Shown: piece after piece, positions 40,037-49,379 of the stretch
Layout: the number at the start of each line of letters is the position of its first letter
How positions within the stretch are numbered: position 1 is the stretch's first letter
Program-made: the position numbers and the translations under genes
DNA from: Nostoc sp. LPT
Lineage (GTDB): Bacteria > Cyanobacteriota > Cyanobacteriia > Cyanobacteriales > Nostocaceae
Length of the DNA: 64,000 bases
Assembly: GCF_017115165.1 (NCBI RefSeq)
Contig: NZ_JABXKF010000082.1
Location: forward strand, 17,196-81,195
Reading direction: 5' to 3'
Notes under the pieces: generated by a model
The model's database searches: none
What the model was told of the DNA's origin: nothing
The model's input: the letters and a program-made list of their open reading frames with translations, nothing else

Positions 40037-40088
40037 TGGTCATTAGTCATTGGTCATTGGTCATTAGTCATTGGTCATTAGTCATTTA
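40033..40088. repeat. STRR-type tandem heptamer array (TCATTGG/TCATTAG x8)
   Basis: tcattgg tcattag tcattgg tcattgg tcattag tcattgg tcattag tcattta. The first unit contains the rdgB start codon (cat at 40034-40036). Confidence 0.9.
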
Positions 40089-40122
40089 CCAAGGACAAAG
40101 GACAAATGACTAATAATTAATT

Positions 40123-41559
40123 TTACTCTGCCCAGTGTTTCGCCCAAGCAAGAGTTTGATGCACTTGCTCAATTGTCGGGGCTTCGCAGTATAACCGTAA
40201 AACTGGTTCAGTCCCACTAAACCGAATCATTAACCAGCTTTTATCAGCTAGACGATACTTGTAGCCGTCAATTGTCTGGCAATCAATCACTGCTAACCCG
40301 GCAATTTCTGTTAAGGGTTGGGTTTGCAGTTGTTGCAAAAGACGCGATCGCACTTCCATATTTGCTAAGGGTAAATCAATGCGATCATAAGCTGAGGTAA
40401 ACCCTGTTTGTTTCTGCAAGTGGCGATAATACTCACCTAAATCCAAACCAGATTCTACAATCGCCTCTAGAACGTACAAGGCTGACAGCAGGGCATCGCG
40501 TTCGGGAATATGGCTGCCATAGCCAATTCCTCCCGACTCCTCACCACCCAGTAACACTTTTGCTACTAACATTCTGTCAGCGATATATTTATAACCAACC
40601 GCTGTCTCAAAGACTGATAGGTTATGTAGTGCTGCTACAAGGGGCATCAAGTCGGAACCACTAACAGTTTTAACTATTTCACCCTTAAAGTCGCGTCGCA
40701 GGGTTAAATGGTCGATTAATATCGGGATTAATACTTGGGAACTTAGGAAGTTGGCTTCTCCATCCACTGCTGCAATGCGATCGCAGTCTCCATCAAATAC
40801 CAACCCCACTGTTAAACCTGATTTATCGGTTTCTCGGTGAGTCTTGATGACTTCAAATAGCTTTGAAAGGTATTTCGGCAATGGTTCTGGCGCACCACCA
40901 CCAAAGAGGGGGTCGCGATCGCTGTTGATTTCTTTGACTTGATTGCCTAGTAGTCTCGCCAATCCACTAGCCGCAGCGCCATGCATAACATCGGCAAATA
41001 ACGTTAGTTTGCCAGATGCGATCGCTTCTCGAAGTTTGACAATATCAACTTTACCTTCTAGCGCTTGGGTATAACTGGGCCAAGGATCGAATTTCTCTTG
41101 CTTACCTGGGGTAGCTGCTAATGGTACTCCAACTGATAACTGCGCCTCTATCTCTTTTGTCACTTCTGGCGGCACTGACCCACCAAAATAACCCTTGACT
41201 TTTAAACCTAAATATGTTCCAGGATTATGACTGGCTGTAATTACTAGTGCCCCTAAAGCATTGAGTTGTTTTGCTGCCCAACTATAAGCTGGAGTTGGGG
41301 CATAAGTTTCGCTCAACAGCACATCAAAGCCAACAGCACTGATAGAATTGGCGACAGCACGAGCAAAGTCTTCGGCCATGAATCGGCGATCGTAACCGAC
41401 AATTATTGTCTGGCTACCCACCGTAGAAAAATACGTATCATATAATACTTTTGCGGCAACTGGCGCGACCAGGGCTAGGCGTTCAAAGGTGAACTCATCT
41501 CCAATTACGCCCCGCCAGCCGTCTGTACCAAACTTAATTGAGTTAGCTACAACTGGCAT
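40123..41559 (-). CDS. alpha-D-phosphohexomutase (phosphoglucomutase/phosphomannomutase family)
   Basis: 478 aa. FGTDGWRGVIG, active-site loop TASHNP, metal loop FDGDCDR, GGEESGG, RFSGTEP. Confidence 0.9.
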   Translation of the reverse strand: MPVVANSIKFGTDGWRGVIGDEFTFERLALVAPVAAKVLYDTYFSTVGSQTIIVGYDRRFMAEDFARAVANSISAVGFDVLLSETYAPTPAYSWAAKQLNALGALVITASHNPGTYLGLKVKGYFGGSVPPEVTKEIEAQLSVGVPLAATPGKQEKFDPWPSYTQALEGKVDIVKLREAIASGKLTLFADVMHGAAASGLARLLGNQVKEINSDRDPLFGGGAPEPLPKYLSKLFEVIKTHRETDKSGLTVGLVFDGDCDRIAAVDGEANFLSSQVLIPILIDHLTLRRDFKGEIVKTVSGSDLMPLVAALHNLSVFETAVGYKYIADRMLVAKVLLGGEESGGIGYGSHIPERDALLSALYVLEAIVESGLDLGEYYRHLQKQTGFTSAYDRIDLPLANMEVRSRLLQQLQTQPLTEIAGLAVIDCQTIDGYKYRLADKSWLMIRFSGTEPVLRLYCEAPTIEQVHQTLAWAKHWAE

Positions 41560-41867
41560 CTAGGTATCCTAACTGTCTACTTGAGGATTCTAGCATTTAT
41601 ACAGTGTGCAGAGTAAAAAAAGAATCTAGTAATAATATGTACTAATAATATTCAACACAAAGGTGAGCAAATTTGTGCATTGTACAAATGCAATGTCTAA
41701 CGATAGGCCCGTTTAAGCCTGCCACATTTAAAAGAGAATAGCGCCTTTGTAACATACTGTTTCAAAAGGCTTACACTATTAGAATTGCAGGTATCTATCG
41801 TTAGCATGAAGCAGACTTGAAGGTTTCAGCAAATCGTATATTTGATTAAGCTGTAAGGATAAAAGTA

Positions 41868-43040
41868 GTGATAGACAATCGGGCAATATCAATCAGTTTA
41901 TTTACAGGAGCAGGTGGACTAGATATTGGGATAGAACAGACAGATTTTCGGGTAGTAAGTGTTGTTGAGAAAGATCCTGATGCTGCGAAGACTATAGCTT
42001 TCAACCGACCTCACCTAAATAGTGCTGTAGCAAGAGATATACAGAAAATCACTGCTCAAAATCTTTTGGAAGAAGGGGGATATGTTATTAACCTTGGTAG
42101 ACCTCTACGTATTGGAGAAGTAGATTTAGTAACTGGCGGTCCCCCTTGTCAACCCTTCAGCACAGCAGGAAAACGTGGTTCAGTTATGGACCCGCGTGGC
42201 AGCTTGTTTATGGACTTTATACGTATTGTTGAACAAGTGCAGCCACGCTTTTTTATCATGGAGAATGTTAAAGGTTTACTCTCGGCTCCTATTCGTCATA
42301 GACCTCATCTGGAACGAGGAACGGGTTATGCTCCTCTGGAACTAGATGAAATGCAAGGGAGCGCTCTTGAGATTGTTTTAGAAGAAATAAAGCGCCTTGG
42401 TTATCAAGTTATTTATAAAGTCATGGAAGCAGCAGATTACGGTGTTCCGCAAAACAGAGCGCGAGTAATTTTTATTGGCTCAAGAGATGGTGAATCAGCT
42501 ACATTCCCTTTGCCTACTCATAGTAAAGATGGCTCTTTATTACCTCAATGGCGCACTCTTAAAGACGCTCTGATAAACTTAGAAGATCCACAACCGGAGT
42601 ATACTTCCTACTCAAAAAACCGTCTTCAATATTTAAAGCTTTTAAAAAGTGGTCAAAACTGGAGAGATTTACCTAAGGAATTGATAAAAGAAGCAATGGG
42701 AGGCGCTTACAAATCTGGAGGTGGTAAAGTAGGGTTTTACAGAAGGTTATGTTGGGATAAGCCATCTCCTACTGTTACTACAAGTCCTTACCAAAAGGCT
42801 ACAGATATGGGTCATCCAGAGGAACTGCGTCCTCTCAGTGTTCGAGAGTGCGCCAGGATTCAAACCTTTCCAGACTCATGGATTTTTTATGGTTCAACAG
42901 CCTCTAAGTACCGACAGATAGGTAATGCTGTACCTGTACTCTTAGCTCAAGCTATTGGTGACTATTTACATAGTCTAATTAGACAGGAAAAACCTAAAGG
43001 GATACCAGTCTTTGAACAGCTTTCACTATTTAATCACTAA
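41868..43040 (+). CDS. DNA (cytosine-5)-methyltransferase
   Basis: 390 aa with a GTG start. Motif I LFTGAGGLDIG, IV GGPPCQPFS, VI ENVKGL, VIII QNRARVIFIG, IX RECARIQTFPD, X GNAVPV. Confidence 0.95.
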   Translation: MIDNRAISISLFTGAGGLDIGIEQTDFRVVSVVEKDPDAAKTIAFNRPHLNSAVARDIQKITAQNLLEEGGYVINLGRPLRIGEVDLVTGGPPCQPFSTAGKRGSVMDPRGSLFMDFIRIVEQVQPRFFIMENVKGLLSAPIRHRPHLERGTGYAPLELDEMQGSALEIVLEEIKRLGYQVIYKVMEAADYGVPQNRARVIFIGSRDGESATFPLPTHSKDGSLLPQWRTLKDALINLEDPQPEYTSYSKNRLQYLKLLKSGQNWRDLPKELIKEAMGGAYKSGGGKVGFYRRLCWDKPSPTVTTSPYQKATDMGHPEELRPLSVRECARIQTFPDSWIFYGSTASKYRQIGNAVPVLLAQAIGDYLHSLIRQEKPKGIPVFEQLSLFNH

Positions 43041-43189
43041 ATCCCTAGCCTTTTGATTATTTTAAGACTTTTACTACTAAATTTGTTGCTAGTATTTACT
43101 ATCTTCTACATACAATGCTGCGGGATTTTCAGCGATAGTTTGTCTAACAAAGGCGGCAAAGTCTTCTTCAGAAAGATTAGCGCATCCTA

Positions 43190-43810
43190 TTAATTGATCA
43201 GTTCTTTCCAATAGTAAGCTCCATTTTGAGCATTGACTCTATGCCATTTCCGAATGATAGTTCCTTTACGAACACTACTGCTCGAACTATTTTCAGAATT
43301 ACTACGGTTTTTAACTTGTAATAGCTCACCTTTCTTCGTGCAAAAATCAACCTTATTTATAGTTTCACCCCAAGCACAGTACCAACCATAAAATGACAAT
43401 TTTTCGGCAAGATATTCTTCTAAAAGAAGACCTAATATGTTTTCTGCCGACATAGAAAGACGATGAGCATACTTTATGTTATTAATGCCATCAGTGCTGA
43501 GACTAGGTAAACGCGCTGAAAGAATCGTGTCAATAATTTTGTCAGAAACAGTGCCTATCTTCTTACTAGTTCGCTTTGAGGCTCGATTATTATAACCGCC
43601 AAAATACTTATTTAACCACTTAGTAATGTAATCTAAGCGAGAATTGCATACTTTTAAATATGGAAATAATTCAGGCGAATTACAACAGACGGATAAAACT
43701 GTTTTTACAGAATCATTCCAGAACATCCCAGAACGAATTTTTGCGATATTTTCAGCTTCTGACATGATCAGATTGGCATCAAAATCCGGTATTTTTAGGT
43801 TATTGCTCAC
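43190..43810 (-). CDS. candidate type II restriction endonuclease (partner of the m5C methyltransferase)
   Basis: 206-aa ATG ORF, convergent with and 150 bp from the methyltransferase gene. AT-rich. Possible PD-(D/E)xK-like core VDFCTKKGELLQVKNRSNSENS. Family not assignable from memory (possibly SinI/AvaII-like, unverified). Confidence 0.5.
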   Translation of the reverse strand: MSNNLKIPDFDANLIMSEAENIAKIRSGMFWNDSVKTVLSVCCNSPELFPYLKVCNSRLDYITKWLNKYFGGYNNRASKRTSKKIGTVSDKIIDTILSARLPSLSTDGINNIKYAHRLSMSAENILGLLLEEYLAEKLSFYGWYCAWGETINKVDFCTKKGELLQVKNRSNSENSSSSSVRKGTIIRKWHRVNAQNGAYYWKELIN

Positions 43811-43917
43811 AGTTACTATTGGGTAAAATCTGCTGTTTAAGTTACTTGTTCTAGTTTTCCCAACAATTCACAAGGAGTAAAACCCAAAGCCTTACCTAAC
43901 TCCAAAAACTTCGCCAC

Positions 43918-44088
43918 GGAGGCAGAGGGGAAGGGGGCAGGGAGCGGGGGGAGCAAGCCCAATACTCTGCGACAAGCGTTGCGGAACATGGGTTTGAAGC
44001 CCCGTCCTTCCAGGACGCTTGGCTGTTTCGGAGTACAAGCTCCGTCTCAGTCTTTCCCCCTGCCCCCTGCTCCCTGCTCCTCTGCCTC
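43918..44088. repeat. MITE-like element with G-rich/C-rich inverted termini
   Basis: Left arm ggaggcagaggggaagggggcagggagcgggggg. Right arm ccccctgccccctgctccctgctcctctgcctc. The outer GAGGCAGAGG/CCTCTGCCTC pair is perfect. The two overlapping track ORFs here are artefacts of the repeat. Confidence 0.55.
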
Positions 44089-44249
44089 TTTTGACCACGT
44101 TCAAACTTTGTTTGTCAAGCTCATATTTATAGATACACAAATCTCAATAATCTCAATATTTTTATATATAAACATTAATAATCCTTAATAGTATTAACTA
44201 TTAAGGATTGTTAATATGAGCAAAAACTGCTCACAAACCTGATTTTTCC

Positions 44250-44729
44250 TTAAAAATCATCAAGAAACTGACTAAGGCGACTGATTACGGGGTCAACCTC
44301 TTGAGGAGGGGTAGCAACAGTATAAGAAGTATTATTTACTACTTCTAATTGAGTTGGAGACGGAATGAACGATCGATCGTTGACTATGAGCGCCAGTTGT
44401 GCAACTTGTTGAGAAAGTTGCAATAGATGATGTTCCATCGCCTCCAAACGATTAGATCCCTTGGCAAAAAAACGTTCCTCAAGTCCAGCCACTTGACGTT
44501 GCAGTTCACCGATTTGTTGATCGATCGGTGTTGTTACTGCTGTTTGTGGAGCAGGTTGTACAGGTTCCGGTACACATAAAGATTGCCATAAGGCTTCTTT
44601 ACAGAGGTCGCTGAAAGTCTTGTCTGGTTGTTTTTCCAAATAACTTTCTACTTGCGCTAACAAGCTTTCATCAGCAAGCTCTGGGTTGAACGTGACGGAT
44701 TTAACTACCTTTTTTGACCATTGGAACAT
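44250..44729 (-). CDS. hypothetical protein, possible ParR-like RHH adaptor downstream of the ParM-like gene
   Basis: 159 aa, 5 nt downstream of the ParM-like gene. The N-terminus KSVTFNPELADESLLAQVESYLEKQPDKTFSDLCKEALWQSL has a strand-helix-helix pattern. Central coiled coil. Confidence 0.4.
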   Translation of the reverse strand: MFQWSKKVVKSVTFNPELADESLLAQVESYLEKQPDKTFSDLCKEALWQSLCVPEPVQPAPQTAVTTPIDQQIGELQRQVAGLEERFFAKGSNRLEAMEHHLLQLSQQVAQLALIVNDRSFIPSPTQLEVVNNTSYTVATPPQEVDPVISRLSQFLDDF

Positions 44730-44734
44730 CAGCT

Positions 44735-45901
44735 TTATGCCCTAGCAGCGCGATTGGAGGATAATTGTGCCTCTCCATAAATATACTGCCCCAAAGCATT
44801 CGCCTGACGGGAAGGTGCTGCTAAATGAGCATTAATCTTTGCTTCCTTGAGCAGACGTTGAACGTCATCCCAGAAGAACTCACCACCGCCGCCAGTCAGA
44901 ATCACATCGGTGACGCGTTCTGGCAACCAGGCTAGCACACGGCTACAGATTTCGCGCGAAAACATCTCCGTGAGGTTGGGAAGAAAATCGTCTAGGTTGG
45001 TGGGCTTGCTAGCGCCTTTAGGACGATAAAAGCGTTCACCTCTGGGTTTGTTAACAGCGGAAATCAGTGCTAGAGATTGACTATCTGCTCCCTCGATTTC
45101 GGCAGACACCAATTCATAAAACTTATTCATCCCGAAGTCTTCACTCTTAGAAGCACCTCTGGCAAAACGGAAGTTATCTACCATCAAAAGATCGACGGTT
45201 TGATGTCCAATATCGACGATCGCCACCGATATTTTTGTAAAATCAGGACTGCCAGGGTTTTTCTTGGGTTGAGCTTCAGACCACAGCAAGCTGCCGTAAC
45301 CTTCTGGCATTACCCATACCTTACTGACGTTCAGCGACACAGATTCGCCTCGGAAGTTCAACACATGAGGGCCACCTACTTGGCTAATCAACTGTGCTTT
45401 TTCCTTTTCAAATTGCTCTAAGGAAAGAAAAGGCAGACCCAGTACGACTGAGATATCATCTCTAAGTTTGAAGTAGCCAGCACTTGCTAATACTTTTACC
45501 AGTGCAGCTTCTACCTTAGATTGTCCGACTCCTAAATTTGCCCCAAAATCGGCTGCCAGTTGACCAACAGCATATCCATTTCCTTGATACTCCAGCCACA
45601 AATCCATTAAAGGGTCAGTAGCTCTGGCTTCAAAAACACCACCGCGTACTTGTTCTATCGACATCTGCTTAACGTTGGCAGGTACGAACACCACACTGCC
45701 GGGTTCACGACTCACACAAGTTTTTGTGGAAGTTCTGCCTAAATCAACACTGAGAATGGTTTTCCCTGGAACACCACCTGGCTTGATACCGGCAGGAGGA
45801 TTATTATTAACAGCATTTATGGGAGTCGATGCTAACGGCTGCCTATTCATGGGTATAGCAGCAGCATTGATTGGGGTAGCGGCGGAAGGTTGGTCTGTCA
45901 T
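44735..45901 (-). CDS. ParM/StbA-family actin-like ATPase
   Basis: 388 aa. Phosphate-1 ILSVDLGRTSTK, phosphate-2 VAIVDIGHQTVDL, adenosine motif VILTGGGGEFF. Pro/Ala/Asn-rich N-terminal extension. Confidence 0.75.
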   Translation of the reverse strand: MTDQPSAATPINAAAIPMNRQPLASTPINAVNNNPPAGIKPGGVPGKTILSVDLGRTSTKTCVSREPGSVVFVPANVKQMSIEQVRGGVFEARATDPLMDLWLEYQGNGYAVGQLAADFGANLGVGQSKVEAALVKVLASAGYFKLRDDISVVLGLPFLSLEQFEKEKAQLISQVGGPHVLNFRGESVSLNVSKVWVMPEGYGSLLWSEAQPKKNPGSPDFTKISVAIVDIGHQTVDLLMVDNFRFARGASKSEDFGMNKFYELVSAEIEGADSQSLALISAVNKPRGERFYRPKGASKPTNLDDFLPNLTEMFSREICSRVLAWLPERVTDVILTGGGGEFFWDDVQRLLKEAKINAHLAAPSRQANALGQYIYGEAQLSSNRAARA

Positions 45902-46140
45902 GAAAGCTCCTAGTTCAAACTTAACTGTAAAAAGTTGTCATGCTCATCTTACAAAAATGCGAGCAACCAGAAATTCTAGGTTGCGTCAAGTGTAGCTAGA
46001 AATACGCCAAAAATTAATTCCGGCAATACCTCTGGTAAGCTCTGCCAACGCATATCTAGTATTATTTGGCATAGTGTAGGCGAATTTTGGCCAGATGTAA
46101 CCCCTGCTTTCACTGCTTTCTAACCAAAAGCGTCCGTGTT

Positions 46141-46764
46141 TTATCTTCTAGTGCGTCTTAACTGGCGCTTGAATATCCAGAAAACAAATGCTAGAACCAA
46201 ACTCCCAAGTACGATTTTGGATACAGGAGCAAGGTACTTGTCCACAAGTTCATACTGACTACCCAATATGTATCCTGAGTATGTTAACAAACCCACCCAA
46301 GCAGCGCTACCTAATGTTGTGTAAAACAAAAATGGTAGCAAAGGCATATTGCTAATACCTGCCGGAACAGAAATCAAGGTGCGGATTCCTGGTACAAGAC
46401 GACCAATTAATACTGCTGTTCTACCTTGTCGGTTAAACCACTCTTTAGCCTTGGTGATATCTTTACTGGATATAGCCAGCCATTTGCCATACTTGTCAGC
46501 CCAAGCTTTCAAACGGATTTCACCCAAAAACTTACCCGGATAGTACCAAATAAGTGCGCCCAATACAGAACCCAAAAGTCCTGCGAAAAACACACCAAAA
46601 ATATTCAGCTTTGCCCCTCCTGGTTGATATGGACTTGCTGTAAATCCAGCCAGTGGCATAATTAATTCTGAAGGAATGGGGGGAAAAAGGTTCTCTAAAA
46701 ACATTAGTAGGGCGATTCCCCAATAGCCAAAATAGTTGATAGTATTAGTTATCCATTCAAGCAT
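46141..46764 (-). CDS. DedA-family membrane protein
   Basis: 207 aa. FLENLFPPIPSELIMPLAGF, and GRLVPGIRTLISVPAG is typical of DedA/SNARE-associated proteins. Confidence 0.85.
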   Translation of the reverse strand: MLEWITNTINYFGYWGIALLMFLENLFPPIPSELIMPLAGFTASPYQPGGAKLNIFGVFFAGLLGSVLGALIWYYPGKFLGEIRLKAWADKYGKWLAISSKDITKAKEWFNRQGRTAVLIGRLVPGIRTLISVPAGISNMPLLPFLFYTTLGSAAWVGLLTYSGYILGSQYELVDKYLAPVSKIVLGSLVLAFVFWIFKRQLRRTRR

Positions 46765-47232
46765 TGAGTCAATTCCTGAAATTGCTGGACTAGTCCTGTT
46801 AATAAATTCAGCTTTAGCTTTTTTAAAGGGTAATTATCCCACTTGTTAGAGTCAAGGTAATTTGGCTGCACTAAATAAAAGTTGGCATTAGAACTGAAAA
46901 ACAGAGTAAGACAAGTAGAAGCTAGATGTCTGTTTGATTAATGTTGAGAGTTATAAAAGTTCGTAAGTTGCTCTAGCCCTTGAGATTGAACGATTTATCG
47001 CTCGCTACAAAACTCACAAAATTAATAAAACAAACCACTAGGTTTTGTTTTCTAATTTTTTAGATCCCCCTTAGCCTGCTTTTTAAACAGACTAGGAAGG
47101 ATCTAAAGATTTGATGGCAAATTTAAAAACATACTCTAGGTTTTCTGCTGAAGTTTGGGCTATGGGGTAGCACGGAGAGAGAAGGGAGAAAATTTTACCT
47201 TGTCCCCCTCATCCCCCTCATCCCCTCTTCTT

Positions 47233-48339
47233 CTAGACTGTGGGGGTCAAAGATTGTACCCTTGGTTCCGATTGCCAGTCTAAGGGATTCCAAACTCGAT
47301 CTTCCAGCGCCATCTGCTCAATTAAACTTGCAAGTCTCAGGGCTTTAAGAGCTTGTTCACCACCTACTGAGGGTTGATTGCCACCGTGTACACAGTTGAC
47401 AAAATGTTCTAATTCTGCACTTAGGGGTTGAATATTGCTGGTGTAGACTTTTTCAATTACACCATCTTGCCTGTAAAGTACTTGTCGGTGGTCGGTGAGA
47501 GAATTGGCAGTGGTTTGTCGGTGAATCAAAATTTCATTCTTGAGAAAATCTGCCTCAGTAAATGAATTTTTGCAATGGGCGACAATCCGGCGAATTTTGC
47601 GGTGGGTGACTTTACTAGCAGTCAGAGTAGCAACAATACCATTGGCAAACCCCAAGGTGGCGGTTACGTAATCTAAATAACCAGAGTCTAGGGAGCGAGT
47701 ACCGCTAGCAGTCAATTTCGTTACTGGGGAAGCAGCTAATTCCAGAAGTAGGTCGATGTCATGGATCATTAAATCCAGCACAACTGAAACATCGTTTGCC
47801 CGATCTGAGTAAGGACTCATTCTGTGGGCTTCTAGCGCCAGTAATTCCTCTGTTTTTAGAACTTGGCTCAGTTCTTTAAAAGCTGGGTTAAAACGCTCAA
47901 TATGACCTACTTGCAGGATACACCCAGACTCAGCTGCGGCATTTACTAAAGACTCTGCCTCAGAAATACTGGCTGCGATCGGTTTTTCAATTAAAACATG
48001 AATTCCCGCTAACAGACAGTTGATGCCCACGGCATAGTGCAGACGGGTGGGAACAGCTACACAAACTGCTTCCACAAGGGGTAGCAGATCGCAGTAATCT
48101 TCAAAAAAACGCACCTTGTACTTGCTGGCAGTTTCTAATCCTCGCTCGACGTTAATATCTGCCACTCCGACTAGTTCAACATCTTTCATTGAACTCAGCA
48201 CGCGAGCGTGGTGTTGTCCCATGTTACCCACTCCAATCACGCCTATGCGGATTGGTCGTGGCTGGTTGCGCTGTGTATATGGATTCGGTTCTGCCACTGA
48301 CATGCTATTTTGCACTATTATTCTCTCCTCAACCACCAA
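47233..48339 (-). CDS. Gfo/Idh/MocA-family NAD(P)-dependent oxidoreductase
   Basis: 368 aa. Rossmann motif IRIGVIGVGNMGQHHARV, then EKPIA. The start is uncertain (internal ATG at MSVAEP). Confidence 0.85.
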   Translation of the reverse strand: MVVEERIIVQNSMSVAEPNPYTQRNQPRPIRIGVIGVGNMGQHHARVLSSMKDVELVGVADINVERGLETASKYKVRFFEDYCDLLPLVEAVCVAVPTRLHYAVGINCLLAGIHVLIEKPIAASISEAESLVNAAAESGCILQVGHIERFNPAFKELSQVLKTEELLALEAHRMSPYSDRANDVSVVLDLMIHDIDLLLELAASPVTKLTASGTRSLDSGYLDYVTATLGFANGIVATLTASKVTHRKIRRIVAHCKNSFTEADFLKNEILIHRQTTANSLTDHRQVLYRQDGVIEKVYTSNIQPLSAELEHFVNCVHGGNQPSVGGEQALKALRLASLIEQMALEDRVWNPLDWQSEPRVQSLTPTV

Positions 48340-48653
48340 ATTTAGAGACGCTACGGCCGTTGGCGTTTATACTCGAAAGCCGGTTACGATCCGTCTAAAA
48401 CCATCCAGATGGTAACATAGAGCCTATGTTTATGAAGAATTTCAAAGTTTGTGATCGGTTCCCGTAATCCAAATATCTTTTGTATCGATATTTCGGGTTT
48501 GCTTTTGATTTTGCACTTTCTACAAAAATATATGTATTTTTATTAACTTTAAAGCTTTCAGTACTACTTAAGTATAAATTCTCATTAGCATTGCTTTCTG
48601 GCATCTTGTTAAGGTTTGATGCAGTGATTTGAAATCCAAAATTTGCAACCAAG

Positions 48654-49328
48654 ATGAAAGCTGTAATTCTGTTATCTGGGGGATTGGACTCTTCCACAAT
48701 TCTGTACAAAGCTCAAACTGATGGCTGTGAATGTCATGCTATTTCCTTTGATTACCAGCAGCGACATCGACGAGAGTTACAGTCAGCGCTCAGTGTCGCT
48801 CAAAAAGCTGCGATCGCAAAACATCAGGTAGTTAACTTTGACTTACGACAATGGGGCGGTTCGGCCCTTACCGATAACGCCATTGATTTACCCCAGGAGC
48901 GATCGCTGAATGAAATGTCTCAAAATATTCCTGTCACTTATGTTCCAGCTCGTAATACCATCTTTTTAAGCTTTGCTCTTAGTTACGCCGAAGCGATCGC
49001 CGCAGAGCGTGTCTATATCGGCGTTAATGCCCTAGATTACTCAGGATATCCTGATTGTCGCCCGGACTATATCCAAGCAATGCAAGAAGTTTTTCGCCTG
49101 GGAACCAAACAAGGGCGTGAGGGACAACCAATTAATATTGTTGCACCCCTAATCAACCTGAAAAAAACCGAAATCATCCAATTGGGGAACCAATTGGGAG
49201 TTCCTTGGGAACTAACTTGGTCTTGCTATACTGGTGGAGATGTCGCCTGCGGTGTGTGTGATTCTTGTCGCTTACGGCTAGCAGCTTTTGCCGAATTGGG
49301 GCTTGTTGATCCACTGGCGTATGCATAG
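48654..49328 (+). CDS. queC: 7-cyano-7-deazaguanine synthase
   Basis: 224 aa. MKAVILLSGGLDSST (PP-loop), YVPARNTIFLS, C-terminal zinc cluster WSCY...CGVCDSCRLR. Confidence 0.95.
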   Translation: MKAVILLSGGLDSSTILYKAQTDGCECHAISFDYQQRHRRELQSALSVAQKAAIAKHQVVNFDLRQWGGSALTDNAIDLPQERSLNEMSQNIPVTYVPARNTIFLSFALSYAEAIAAERVYIGVNALDYSGYPDCRPDYIQAMQEVFRLGTKQGREGQPINIVAPLINLKKTEIIQLGNQLGVPWELTWSCYTGGDVACGVCDSCRLRLAAFAELGLVDPLAYA

Positions 49329-49379
49329 TAGAGGCATTGGCCAAACAGGGCATTGAGAAGAGACAAGGTAGAAACTTGT

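Noticed and set aside
43041-43200. Short minus-strand frame ...ANLSEEDFAAFVRQTIAENPAALYVEDSKY between the R-M genes
   Set aside because: It is only about 40 codons from a TTG, overlaps the endonuclease 3' end in another frame, and has no start context. It may be a gene relic but is unsupported.
43892-44188. Two overlapping opposite-strand ORFs (82 aa and 69 aa)
   Set aside because: Both are generated by the G-rich/C-rich inverted arms of a MITE-like repeat. Their translations are low-complexity ([14 protein letters not shown] / PLPPAPCSSAS).
48395-48709. 104-aa minus-strand ORF upstream of queC
   Set aside because: It sits in AT-rich promoter DNA, overlaps the queC start, and has no recognisable features.
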